Virus record (IMG/VR): IMGVR_UViG_3300029857_000010
Direction: 5' to 3' (one strand)
Length of the DNA: 45,791 nucleotides
DNA from: a virus
Shown piece after piece: positions 26,437-34,381 of this stretch. Each line of letters starts with the position of its first letter. Position 1 is the first letter of the stretch. A model generated the notes under the pieces. The model made no database searches. It was given only the letters and a program-made list of their open reading frames with translations, and was not told the DNA's origin. The position numbers were made by a program, and so were the translations under genes.

Positions 26437-26654
26437 AAGAGAAAAAAATGTGTAAATTAAAAATCGTGGGACTGGCGGAAAGAGAACGCCGCTTGTTTAA
26501 AATGTACCTTTATGAAATCGGGTACACGCTAGAAGATGTTGGGACTATTGAGGCCGTGCGGGAAGTGGAAGTTAAAAAGCTCAAAAAGTTTGTTGAACTT
26601 CTGAACGGCAACATCGAAATTTTAGACACATGGGAAGTTGCCAACTATTTCTAA
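26433..26654 (+). CDS. hypothetical protein, 73 aa
   Basis: ATGA start/stop overlap with the upstream gene. Last gene before the terminator. Confidence 0.5.
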   Translation: MKEKKMCKLKIVGLAERERRLFKMYLYEIGYTLEDVGTIEAVREVEVKKLKKFVELLNGNIEILDTWEVANYF

Positions 26655-26660
26655 AACACA

Positions 26661-26691
26661 AGCCCCAGGGCAAACGCCCTGGGGCTTTTCT
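26661..26691 (+). terminator. rho-independent terminator of the plus-strand operon
   Basis: Perfect 10-bp stem AGCCCCAGGG/CCCTGGGGCT, 6-nt loop, then a TTTTCT run. Confidence 0.75.
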
Positions 26692-26722
26692 ATATCCTGC
26701 AAACGTGAGCAGGCTATATATT

Positions 26723-26751
26723 TTTGAAGTCGAAATGTTTTACAGGTATAA
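26723..26751 (+). promoter_or_regulatory. orphan sigma-A-type promoter (TTGAAG-17-TATAAT)
   Basis: -35 at 26723-26728, -10 at 26746-26751, 17-nt spacer. No ORF with an SD downstream before the terminator. Confidence 0.5.
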
Positions 26752-26757
26752 TCACTA

Positions 26758-26850
26758 GGGCTGCCATGATTGGAATGCGTGGCGGCCCTTTTCCGTGCGT
26801 GCAGCGCATACTTTAGGGAAGCAAAAAGCCCGGCAGCGCCGGGCTTTTCT
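26758..26850 (+). ncRNA. candidate small noncoding RNA of about 90 nt (promoter to intrinsic terminator, no ORF)
   Basis: Bounded by the promoter at 26723-26751 and the terminator hairpin at 26826-26846. Only a 16-codon ORF lacking an SD. Confidence 0.35.
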
Positions 26851-26962
26851 TTTGGTGCGATTTTGTAAAGAAAATCAACAATATTTCAATCCGTGCCAGC
26901 TTTACGCCTTTAGAGCTGAACCGACAAGCACAATACTCAAAAGGCGCTTGCGCTTATCGACA
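26822..26962 (-). ncRNA. candidate small noncoding RNA of about 140 nt on the minus strand
   Basis: Minus-strand promoter TTGCTA-17-TATAAT (complement 26968..26996) reads into the bidirectional terminator. No ATG-initiated ORF. Confidence 0.3.
26826..26850. terminator. bidirectional rho-independent terminator
   Basis: 9-bp stem AAGCCCGGC/GCCGGGCTT with a 3-nt loop, flanked by an A-run upstream and a T-run downstream. Confidence 0.7.
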
Positions 26963-26967
26963 AGGCT

Positions 26968-26996
26968 ATTATACCACGGTACCAAACCAATAGCAA
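26968..26996 (-). promoter_or_regulatory. orphan sigma-A-type promoter on the minus strand
   Basis: -10 TATAAT at complement(26968..26973), -35 TTGCTA at complement(26991..26996). Confidence 0.4.
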
Positions 26997-27040
26997 GCGT
27001 TTTCTTAACGCGTGGAAGCGACAGCACCGCGCGCCTGCCT

Positions 27041-27541
27041 TTACTTTTCTTGCTTCTGTTCTGCCCTGGCCTTTTGGAAGCTGTTGGCGTTTATGTCAAT
27101 CCGTAATAGTCCTTCTTGAATCGCCAGCATGAGTAGGCCGTCAATGAATGAGCGGCGTCGAAGCGCGTACACCTGCGGGCTAATCTCATCCATAACGGAG
27201 ATTTTGCAGACCGTCCAATGGTATACATACCGGTGCTGAATCGCCTTATAAGACTTGTCACCAAACCGCTGCCGAAACAGAAGAAGCGAACGCTCCATAA
27301 CATCCAGCCATTTTTCCGGCTGGTAAACCAAAAACGCCTGCCCAAGATAAATACACCGGACCGCAGCAAGCGGCGTAACAGCTTGAATCGCAAGGCGTGC
27401 CGTAGAATCGCCGCCGGTCCTCATATCAAATTCCAAGCGTTCCGCCCTCTGCTGCATCCTGGCGGAAACAACCGCTTTACCAATCGCATTTTTGGCAAAG
27501 AACAAACTCTCTGCGTGGTCTGCTGCTTCTGCGTAATCCAT
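27041..27541 (-). CDS. hypothetical protein, 166 aa
   Basis: ORF 5 nt downstream of the SSB stop. Last gene of the early minus-strand block. Confidence 0.45.
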   Translation of the reverse strand: MDYAEAADHAESLFFAKNAIGKAVVSARMQQRAERLEFDMRTGGDSTARLAIQAVTPLAAVRCIYLGQAFLVYQPEKWLDVMERSLLLFRQRFGDKSYKAIQHRYVYHWTVCKISVMDEISPQVYALRRRSFIDGLLMLAIQEGLLRIDINANSFQKARAEQKQEK

Positions 27542-27546
27542 TTTCT

Positions 27547-27933
27547 TTACCAGTCCACATCATCGAGCGGGTCTTTCCGTTCCTCTTTCGGAGGATACGG
27601 CGCTGTGTTTTCCGCAATCCGGACACATTCCAAATGCTCCATCAGCAAGTAGCTTGCTTTAGAATTTTTGCCGTTCCTATCCACGTATAAATCAGTCTGA
27701 AAGCGGCCGCCCACAATAACTTGCGAGCCTTTTGTAACAAAATTGCTGATATATTTAATCAGTCCAGGCACAAAGCAGCGGCAAGAAATGTAATCGTAAA
27801 CGCGCTTATTATCTTTATCCCGATATTGGCGCGCACACTGTATTTCCAAAGTGCACACCTCTTTGCCGTTCTTCATAACTTTTGCATCCGGTTCAAATTT
27901 CACCCAGCCAAGTATCAAACAATTATTCAACAT
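27547..27933 (-). CDS. ssb: single-stranded DNA-binding protein
   Basis: OB-fold SSB N-terminal pattern (…LILGWVKFEPD…) and an acidic C-terminal tail DPLDDVDW. Confidence 0.7.
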   Translation of the reverse strand: MLNNCLILGWVKFEPDAKVMKNGKEVCTLEIQCARQYRDKDNKRVYDYISCRCFVPGLIKYISNFVTKGSQVIVGGRFQTDLYVDRNGKNSKASYLLMEHLECVRIAENTAPYPPKEERKDPLDDVDW

Positions 27934-28348
27934 TATAAATTTTCACCTCAACTTTTGGCGTATCACTATATTTTTTAGAAACTGTAAGTTTAACAATCTG
28001 TTTATCATCCTTATAGACAATGCCAGATATAGAATCAAGAATAATTTTTGCGACGTTGTCAACATCGGGTTTTTTAATCGGCAGCTGCAAGCCGTTTAAA
28101 GCCTGCTCCTTGAATTTTTTCGACTTGCTGGCAGGAATACCCACGTCAGCTATTATCTCTACTCGCAACGGCAATTCCGTGAGCGTCAGCCCTATATTTT
28201 GCATCGCTTCACTAGCTAACAGTTTGACGTAGGCTTTATAGTTACGGCTTTTCTCCGGGTCGTATGCTTTTGCAAATCCGCCATGAGTAGAAAAGCGAGG
28301 CCGTCCCTGCGCCGTCGGTTCGCCTGGAATCGTAAATGTTAATTTCAT
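27923..28348 (-). CDS. rusA: RusA-family Holliday junction resolvase
   Basis: Motifs GEPTAQGRPRF and KKPDVDNVAKIILDSISGIVYKDDKQIV are characteristic of RusA. Confidence 0.7.
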   Translation of the reverse strand: MKLTFTIPGEPTAQGRPRFSTHGGFAKAYDPEKSRNYKAYVKLLASEAMQNIGLTLTELPLRVEIIADVGIPASKSKKFKEQALNGLQLPIKKPDVDNVAKIILDSISGIVYKDDKQIVKLTVSKKYSDTPKVEVKIYNVE

Positions 28349-28740
28349 TTTTCTACCTCCTTCACAGCTTTACTTGCTTTTAAAATTTTCTCAATTAGCT
28401 TATCCACGGCCTTGTCCGCAAGTTCGCCGGTAGCTTCAATGTTTGCTGGTGTTATACGCCCTGCCACATACATCGCAATCATTTCATCTTTAGTTGGAAC
28501 AGCCATTGCAAGCACATCAACAATTAAGGCCACGCAGGTTAGTTTCTTCGTGAAATTTAAAAATGCTTTACCAAAGCCATTGTAGTCACTGCCGCAATCA
28601 GCGCGGCTTGAAACAATCCCTGTTATGCTTATGCCAGCACCCATGGTTAGTAAAACCCCTGCTACAATGCAGAAGTGATGTATCATGTCCATTCTTCCTG
28701 CCCAGTAAATCAACCACGGCGAAACAATCGGTTCGTTCAT
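28345..28740 (-). CDS. hypothetical membrane protein, 131 aa
   Basis: ORF with predicted TM segments. Confidence 0.45.
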   Translation of the reverse strand: MNEPIVSPWLIYWAGRMDMIHHFCIVAGVLLTMGAGISITGIVSSRADCGSDYNGFGKAFLNFTKKLTCVALIVDVLAMAVPTKDEMIAMYVAGRITPANIEATGELADKAVDKLIEKILKASKAVKEVEK

Positions 28741-29088
28741 TTACTTACACCCCTCAATCTTTCTGCCGCACCAACAGCAGTGTGACTGTCCAAAATTCTC
28801 GAACGTACCGCCGCACTTTTTGCAGCGATAAATCGGTAACACCCCTTCATAGCGTCCTGTATACGTCGCTACCGTTGTACGGTCAAGCTCATGCTTTAAA
28901 GCTGTTAACGTAACCTTTTGTTTTTTCATACCAGCGATAATAAGTTTTATAGCCTTAGGCTTAAAGCAGCCAAGTTGAAGACTGTACTTAGCCATTGAGA
29001 TTTCTCTTTTGACATCTAAAATTTGTTCGCGCAACATCTTTTCACGTTGCGGCAGGCTATCCCACCATTGTTTACGTTCTGGAGTCAT
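28741..29088 (-). CDS. hypothetical protein with a C-terminal zinc ribbon (CxxC…CxxC), 115 aa
   Basis: ORF ending CKKCGG…CCWCG. Confidence 0.45.
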   Translation of the reverse strand: MTPERKQWWDSLPQREKMLREQILDVKREISMAKYSLQLGCFKPKAIKLIIAGMKKQKVTLTALKHELDRTTVATYTGRYEGVLPIYRCKKCGGTFENFGQSHCCWCGRKIEGCK

Positions 29089-29219
29089 TACTCTTCCTCC
29101 TTTTCAATTTCTGCACGAATAACAGCCATAGCCTTATGCAGATAATTAACATCGCCGCTAAGCCGCCATTCTTCCAGCTCTGCATTAACAGCCTTAATCA
29201 GTTTTTCTTGATGTTCCAT
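29088..29219 (-). CDS. small hypothetical protein, 43 aa
   Basis: ATG with excellent SD AAAGGAGG. TAATG stop/start overlap with the downstream gene. Confidence 0.45.
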   Translation of the reverse strand: MEHQEKLIKAVNAELEEWRLSGDVNYLHKAMAVIRAEIEKEEE

Positions 29220-29234
29220 GTTCTTCAACCTCCT

Positions 29235-29690
29235 TTAGTTCTTCTTTCTCTCCCTCGCTCCGCACTTCTGCGGCGTATTCTCACACCGCTTGCAAGGTCT
29301 GTCGCACTCACAACAGCAGATGTGCAGCAGAGTGCTTATCGTGCAGTCCGGTGTAACAGCCCTGCAATAGTATTTAGGCTTTAAGCGTGCTTCTAGTGCG
29401 CTAGCAGTTTCATCCTGCTGCGTAATGGTTTCCGGCGGTTTCGGTGCACCCGTCAGCCCCTTTACCTTTGCTTTACATCTCAGCAGGCCACAAGATTTTT
29501 CCTTGCCTTTCTTAAACTCCCAGATGGTCACTTTTTTTGTTTTGCCACAATCGCAACGCACCAAGAAGTAAGCTGAACCCCTATCCTGGTAGCCTAAATA
29601 CTTCTCAACAGTCAGCGTGCCAAATTTCACGCCAACCCATGCCGTCCAATTATTCACGCCAGCACCTCCAAAGTAAGCGTATCGCCACAT
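29235..29690 (-). CDS. cysteine-rich hypothetical protein, 151 aa
   Basis: ORF with multiple CxxC-type clusters. Confidence 0.45.
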   Translation of the reverse strand: MWRYAYFGGAGVNNWTAWVGVKFGTLTVEKYLGYQDRGSAYFLVRCDCGKTKKVTIWEFKKGKEKSCGLLRCKAKVKGLTGAPKPPETITQQDETASALEARLKPKYYCRAVTPDCTISTLLHICCCECDRPCKRCENTPQKCGARERKKN

Positions 29691-30274
29691 TTCAGCAGCT
29701 TACTTTTACAAGGCTCATTATGCTTGCGGCTGTACGTAAAGTCGTTCATGTAGCATTGCAGGATACGGAATTGATTGTCAATAGCGTTATCATTCAAGCC
29801 AATCTGCCGGCCGTACTCAAACACTGCTTTATCCTGCGGCATATACGGCATAATGAGCCGGTGTTCCGTCAACTTTGCCGCCGTCCATTTCAGCAGCATA
29901 CTGTTCAGCCTATCAGCAAGCGGCTTGCCGTCGCTCAGCTTCTCCATGTTGCAGCGGTTTATATTCTCCTGCACATGAGCTTCTTCTGCCTGCTTCAAAG
30001 CAGCCTGCATCAGCGCCGGGCTGATTATATTCACGTTAAGGCCGTTCGCACCGGTCAAGGTAAGCGCTATCTGCTCTGCCTTCTCCCACCGGTCAAGGCC
30101 TATATTTTGCTGATTAAAAATTCCTGCCCAAAGGTTTACCGTTTCGGACAAGATTCTTTTCGCTTCTTCCAGGCGGTCAAAGCCGGGCCGTATATCCTGC
30201 GGCATCCGCTTGCCTGCCTGTTGCAGTTTAACAATCGTTTGGGCTATTCTCTGCTGTTGCAGCATCGCCCTCAC
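29654..30274 (-). CDS. hypothetical protein downstream of the replisome organizer, a possible replication accessory or loader-like protein, 206 aa
   Basis: ORF placed immediately after the replisome organizer. No Walker motif seen. Confidence 0.4.
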   Translation of the reverse strand: MRAMLQQQRIAQTIVKLQQAGKRMPQDIRPGFDRLEEAKRILSETVNLWAGIFNQQNIGLDRWEKAEQIALTLTGANGLNVNIISPALMQAALKQAEEAHVQENINRCNMEKLSDGKPLADRLNSMLLKWTAAKLTEHRLIMPYMPQDKAVFEYGRQIGLNDNAIDNQFRILQCYMNDFTYSRKHNEPCKSKLLKCGDTLTLEVLA

Positions 30275-31067
30275 CTCCTACATCTCCGTAAAGTTCGTTT
30301 ACCAGGTCCATGCCAGAATATCCGGCACCTGCATTCTGCTTCTTGCTGTTGCCGCTGGCATAGTTTCTTGCTACGGTCTGCACATACGCAAAGTTTCTTG
30401 CGCCGTGCTCAACCGCCGCTAATATTCCCTGTTCAACGGCAGCCTCACCAACCTCACCTAACAAGGCCTGCAGTTTTTCTCCGACGATTGGAGTAAGCGG
30501 CATCATGTTTTTCTCCCATAAGGCAAAAATTTCAGTATGCGTTTTTTCATCGTCATTTCTTTTAGGATGATGATAATCATCCTTTTCTTTATCTCTATAC
30601 TCTATACTCTTATCTCTAATCTCTGTCGGACATTTTGTCCCTTTTTCTGGGGACATTTTGTCCCCAGTTTTCGGGACATTTTGTCCCTTTTTATTTTGAC
30701 GTTGCGTCTTTTTCTTCGTCGCTGATTCTGACGCACTACCGCTGCCGGTCATATTAGCAACCTCCGGCAAGTAGTTTTCGCCTTTATCGTTCTTCTCAAT
30801 AAGGCCAATTTGTTCAAACAAAGCAAGCGCACTTTCGACAACTTCAATATCAAATTGCGTCTGTTTAGCGATTGATTCAGCCGTATGCTGAATGGTCATT
30901 TTGCCGACCTGCCGAACAAGCGCGCCGTCAGTTTTCAGCGACTTTAAGCACAGTTTAAGGTATAAGAGTACGTATTTTTCGCCGTTTTCCTGGTCCTCTA
31001 ACCACTCAACAACATCACTTTCAAAGAAGTTTTCGTTGAGTTTTAACCAATAATACCTGCCAGCCAT
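30228..31067 (-). CDS. phage replisome organizer with a DnaD-like C-terminal domain, 279 aa
   Basis: N-terminus MAGRYYWLKLNENFF…LLYLKL is the replisome-organizer signature. C-terminus IFALWEKNMMPLTP…FAYVQTVARNY is the DnaD-domain signature. Iterons are embedded in the linker. Confidence 0.7.
   Translation of the reverse strand: MAGRYYWLKLNENFFESDVVEWLEDQENGEKYVLLYLKLCLKSLKTDGALVRQVGKMTIQHTAESIAKQTQFDIEVVESALALFEQIGLIEKNDKGENYLPEVANMTGSGSASESATKKKTQRQNKKGQNVPKTGDKMSPEKGTKCPTEIRDKSIEYRDKEKDDYHHPKRNDDEKTHTEIFALWEKNMMPLTPIVGEKLQALLGEVGEAAVEQGILAAVEHGARNFAYVQTVARNYASGNSKKQNAGAGYSGMDLVNELYGDVGGEGDAATAENSPNDC
30628..30687. repeat. three iterons GGGACATTTTGTCCC (half-sites GGGACA/TGTCCC) at 22-23 bp spacing inside the replisome-organizer gene, followed by AT-rich tract 30688-30725; a candidate origin of replication
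   Basis: Copies at 30628-30641, 30649-30665 and 30673-30687. Adjacent T-rich stretch ctttttattttgacgttgcgtctttttcttc. Confidence 0.6.
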
Positions 31068-31070
31068 GTT

Positions 31071-31379
31071 TTACTCCTCGAAGTATGTCGGCACTTCGTA
31101 CACCATTTTATTGTTCTTGCGGTATACCTTGATTCTTCCGTCCTTCTTGCAGAACTTCAAAAATCTGTACCAACGTTTCGGGTTACTTCTTCTATAAGAG
31201 TAAATAGAAATAAGATGAAGCCCAGCCGCTCTCTTGATAAGCTCAAAGAATAAGTCGAAAGCATCTGGCTTTGCTTCTTCTAAATCGTCCGCAAATTTGT
31301 TGCTGAAGCCAAAGTGTCCCTCACCGACAAGAACTATTGCTTTACTTTTTTCGCACGGTGTCGCTTTTACATTCAACAT
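31071..31379 (-). CDS. hypothetical protein, 102 aa
   Basis: ORF whose start codon overlaps a partial iteron. Basic C-terminus. Confidence 0.45.
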   Translation of the reverse strand: MLNVKATPCEKSKAIVLVGEGHFGFSNKFADDLEEAKPDAFDLFFELIKRAAGLHLISIYSYRRSNPKRWYRFLKFCKKDGRIKVYRKNNKMVYEVPTYFEE

Positions 31380-31468
31380 TTTGTCCCGCTCCTTTCAAAT
31401 TTTTCGGGGACATTTTGTCCCAAAGTTAGGGGACATTTTGTCCCCGCTTTTCGGGACATTTTGTCCCC
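31375..31468. repeat. second cluster of the same GGGACATTTTGTCCC motif: three full copies at 23-bp spacing plus one partial, in the intergenic/promoter region
   Basis: Copies at 31406-31421, 31429-31445 and 31453-31468; partial copy at 31375-31387. Confidence 0.6.
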
Positions 31469-31479
31469 AATGTTTTTTG

Positions 31480-32322
31480 TTATTTCATACTTGCTTCAAT
31501 TTCTTCTGCCGTGAAGATTTCGCCGGTTACAGTATCAACCTTGCCACCCTCTGTAAGCTCCTGCGCTTGCTCTGTAGCGTTCTCTGCGTCAACGTCGATG
31601 TATTCAGCCTCACCGGTTTCTTCGTTGAGCACAGCGGCTTTTCCGTCGCTCTCTAATGCTTCTTGCATCTCGATTGACATAGGCGCATAAGTTTTCATGA
31701 TAGACAGCAACACAGTTTTGCAGGCCATAGCGTCAAAATCAGACTGCCACGGGCCACTGTTGAAAGCCTTGCTAAAGCGTTTAGCGTGGCTGATAACTTC
31801 TTCTTTAGTCCAGTATGCGGTCTTGCTAAAGCCGTTAATGGTTTCAAATCTTGCGAAGTAGCCTACGATGTTTTCGGAAGTTTTTTCGCCCGGCGTGTAT
31901 GCCTCGGTGAATCTGTTCCAATCTCTGATTTCGCCTTCGTACACCGGCGTCATAATGATATGTTTCATCTTGCCCGTGCGCATTGCAAGCTCAATCACGC
32001 CCTTGTAACCAATCTGGAATTGAGCGCTGCCTTTATACGGAACAATCCATGCTTTACCCAAAGACGGGTTAATAGGCAGGTCCAGGCTTGCAGCAGTCGC
32101 AGCCGCCGCCAGAATAGTTTTCGGGTTCGCCGTGGCCAGCAATTTATTATTGTTAGTCAGTGTCAGCAAAGAGGAAAGAAAGCCTGCGCTTTTCTTGCCT
32201 AACATCTTCTCAAAACGTTGTTGTACGCTTTGAGAACCAATCATCACACCTAATGCAGAAGGTGCTTTGCTAGCGGCCGCAGGTGCTGCCGCTCTTTTTG
32301 TAATACCTTTTACTGTTGCCAT
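31480..32322 (-). CDS. recT: RecT-family single-strand annealing protein
   Basis: Segment GPWQSDFDAMACKTVLLSIMKTYAPMSIEMQEALESD matches the conserved RecT region GPW…MAKKTAIRRLFKYLP.SIE.Q. Confidence 0.75.
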   Translation of the reverse strand: MATVKGITKRAAAPAAASKAPSALGVMIGSQSVQQRFEKMLGKKSAGFLSSLLTLTNNNKLLATANPKTILAAAATAASLDLPINPSLGKAWIVPYKGSAQFQIGYKGVIELAMRTGKMKHIIMTPVYEGEIRDWNRFTEAYTPGEKTSENIVGYFARFETINGFSKTAYWTKEEVISHAKRFSKAFNSGPWQSDFDAMACKTVLLSIMKTYAPMSIEMQEALESDGKAAVLNEETGEAEYIDVDAENATEQAQELTEGGKVDTVTGEIFTAEEIEASMK

Positions 32323-32810
32323 TATTCTTTATCTCCTTTAAACGCTTTTTCAATTCTTTGAAACTTATCTTCTAATGCCCGTACTCTTTCTTGCAGAGAG
32401 TTTATATACTCCATTACATCGGGAGCACTGCCAGAAGAATAATATGCTCTATTTTGCCCGCTGTCCGTCACCACCAGCAAATCCGGGAGCGGCTGCAAAT
32501 CAAATTTTTTCTTTGAGTTCGTAAACTTTTCCAAGTAACTCTGCTGGAGTGCTGTTGTGTCAGGGTTATAAGAAAGTAATCTTTTATCAATGCCTAACGC
32601 TTCAGCAACCGCGTTGCGATTAACCTTTCTGATTGATTTTATGACGCCGCTTTCCCAAAAGCCTATCGTTGCTGCCGCTACACCAACTGCCTTAGCGAGG
32701 TCTGATTGTGTCATGTCTGTGCATTTGCGGGCACGCTTAATGATTTCTCTTACAAGCGCCCACTTTTCCTCTTCCTTCATTCTTCTTTTAATCTCCTTAA
32801 TTTCAAACAA
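32322..32810 (-). CDS. XRE-family HTH protein, 162 aa
   Basis: HTH MTQSDLAKAVGVAAATIGFWESG. Confidence 0.55.
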   Translation of the reverse strand: MFEIKEIKRRMKEEEKWALVREIIKRARKCTDMTQSDLAKAVGVAAATIGFWESGVIKSIRKVNRNAVAEALGIDKRLLSYNPDTTALQQSYLEKFTNSKKKFDLQPLPDLLVVTDSGQNRAYYSSGSAPDVMEYINSLQERVRALEDKFQRIEKAFKGDKE

Positions 32811-33034
32811 TCCTTTTCGCTGTCATACAGAATTTCTTCCAGCGACAAGTCTAATGCTTGTGCCAATTTTACACGTGTACGCAATGCAATATTTTTAACT
32901 ACGCCGCATTCGTATGCGCTAATGGTCGGCTTTTCCACGCCAACCATTAGCGCAACTTCACCTTGCAGCAGGCTTAATTCCTTCCGCTTATGGAACAAGG
33001 TTACGCCTAATCTCTCCTGCTCTGTAAGGCTCAT
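32777..33034 (-). CDS. XRE-family HTH protein, 85 aa
   Basis: HTH LSLLQGEVALMVGVEKPTISAYECG. Confidence 0.55.
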   Translation of the reverse strand: MSLTEQERLGVTLFHKRKELSLLQGEVALMVGVEKPTISAYECGVVKNIALRTRVKLAQALDLSLEEILYDSEKDCLKLRRLKEE

Positions 33035-33975
33035 TTTAACGTGAACCTCATACTAGGCTTGCCAACCTTGGCATACTTTTCGTACACGTCCGGCAGGTCT
33101 TTTTTCAGTGCCTTTTTGTCCAGCGTTACTCTTCCGGCAATCTGTATATAGGTAATTTTTCTATCCATAAACACGCCGCTTTCGCTGCCGTTCAGCATGA
33201 GCTTCAAGGCGTTTTGTGCCTGCGCTAACTGTTCTTCCAGTACCTTTTTCGTTGCCGTCAGTCCGTCAATACACTTAATGTATTGCTCTGCTGCGCTAGG
33301 CAGCGCGATACTGTCAACCGCTAACTTATCCTTATTCATTTTGTCAATGGTTGCGGCAGTGCTTTCGCTGCCGTCAACCTCCGGCGGGATATTGCTCTGG
33401 AGGTTATTCCAGAATATAATCGCTTGCGCTCTCATATCCGAAATAAACTCATCGTTGCGCGGAATTTCTTTCCATACAAAATGATTGCCGCCGATTAAGC
33501 AGGCAATATACCACTTCTCGCAACCGGTAATCATCATGTACCATTGACACTGGCAATAGTAGCTGTCTGGCAGCTCGTCACCGTCCCAATCTTTCGACTT
33601 AAAGCCGTTCGCGGTCTTACATTCAAGGCCTGCGCTTTCACCCACCACTAATCTGTCGACGTTCGCAAGCATGAAATCATAGCTTTCATCTTGCAACGTG
33701 CCGCACTTGCGTACCTTTTTACCGGTCAGCTCACAGAATCTGTCAGCTACAACCTGCTCAAGCACCGTACCCCAATATACAAATTCGTTGTTAGAGAGGT
33801 CTTCCGGTTCAACATCGCCATGCTTTTCAGCGTAGAGTGCGTAAGCGCTCTTCCAGGGATTTAGTCCCATGATGCAGGCAATATCACTGCCGCCGATACC
33901 ACTATTGCGGACGCGTTCCCACGCCACGCGGTCAGCGGCTTGCTCAACTGTCATAATCAGTTTACCCTTCATCAA
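33031..33975 (-). CDS. YqaJ-type (lambda Exo-like) recombination exonuclease
   Basis: N-terminal motif GIGGSDIACIMGLNPWKSAYALY is typical of the YqaJ domain. Lies upstream of recT. Confidence 0.7.
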   Translation of the reverse strand: MMKGKLIMTVEQAADRVAWERVRNSGIGGSDIACIMGLNPWKSAYALYAEKHGDVEPEDLSNNEFVYWGTVLEQVVADRFCELTGKKVRKCGTLQDESYDFMLANVDRLVVGESAGLECKTANGFKSKDWDGDELPDSYYCQCQWYMMITGCEKWYIACLIGGNHFVWKEIPRNDEFISDMRAQAIIFWNNLQSNIPPEVDGSESTAATIDKMNKDKLAVDSIALPSAAEQYIKCIDGLTATKKVLEEQLAQAQNALKLMLNGSESGVFMDRKITYIQIAGRVTLDKKALKKDLPDVYEKYAKVGKPSMRFTLK

Positions 33976-34352
33976 GCCTCATCCTCCATTTCTTCTAACA
34001 TGTGCTTTGTAGAGAGTGCTGCATAACGAGCAGCGTCTTTATCGCATAATGTCATTGCGACGCGATAAATCACATCTTTACTGAGTTGCGGCGCATCGTA
34101 TTTTTTCTCAGCAATTTCCGCAAGCGCCAGCAAATGGCTCATAGTAGCAGCTACGAGAATTTCAAAATCTTCGGGGTTCTTTTTGATGATAGTCACACTC
34201 ATACCGACGAGCACTTTTATAAACTTCTCGCTGATTTTCTCAAAAGTGCCTCTGACACCTACAATGCTTTTGCTATCGTCAGCGGCAAGCACTACGCCAC
34301 CCTTGCAGAGAAAATTTTCAACCGCCCATTGGAAAATTTCTTTGTTGTTCAT
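33972..34352 (-). CDS. hypothetical protein, 126 aa
   Basis: ORF overlapping the exo start. Confidence 0.45.
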   Translation of the reverse strand: MNNKEIFQWAVENFLCKGGVVLAADDSKSIVGVRGTFEKISEKFIKVLVGMSVTIIKKNPEDFEILVAATMSHLLALAEIAEKKYDAPQLSKDVIYRVAMTLCDKDAARYAALSTKHMLEEMEDEA

Positions 34353-34381
34353 AAAATCAATCTCCTTTCAAAAAAATAAAA

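Noticed and set aside
26795-27106. 103-aa plus-strand ORF
   Set aside because: It runs straight through a perfect rho-independent terminator and into the 3' end of the next minus-strand gene. Arg-rich composition and no SD. Spurious.
30628-31468. Repeated GGGACATTTTGTCCC units considered as a possible CRISPR array
   Set aside because: Only 15-bp units with 7-8 bp gaps. Dyad-symmetric. Split into two clusters, one inside a coding region. No cas genes. Fits iterons or operators, not CRISPR repeats.
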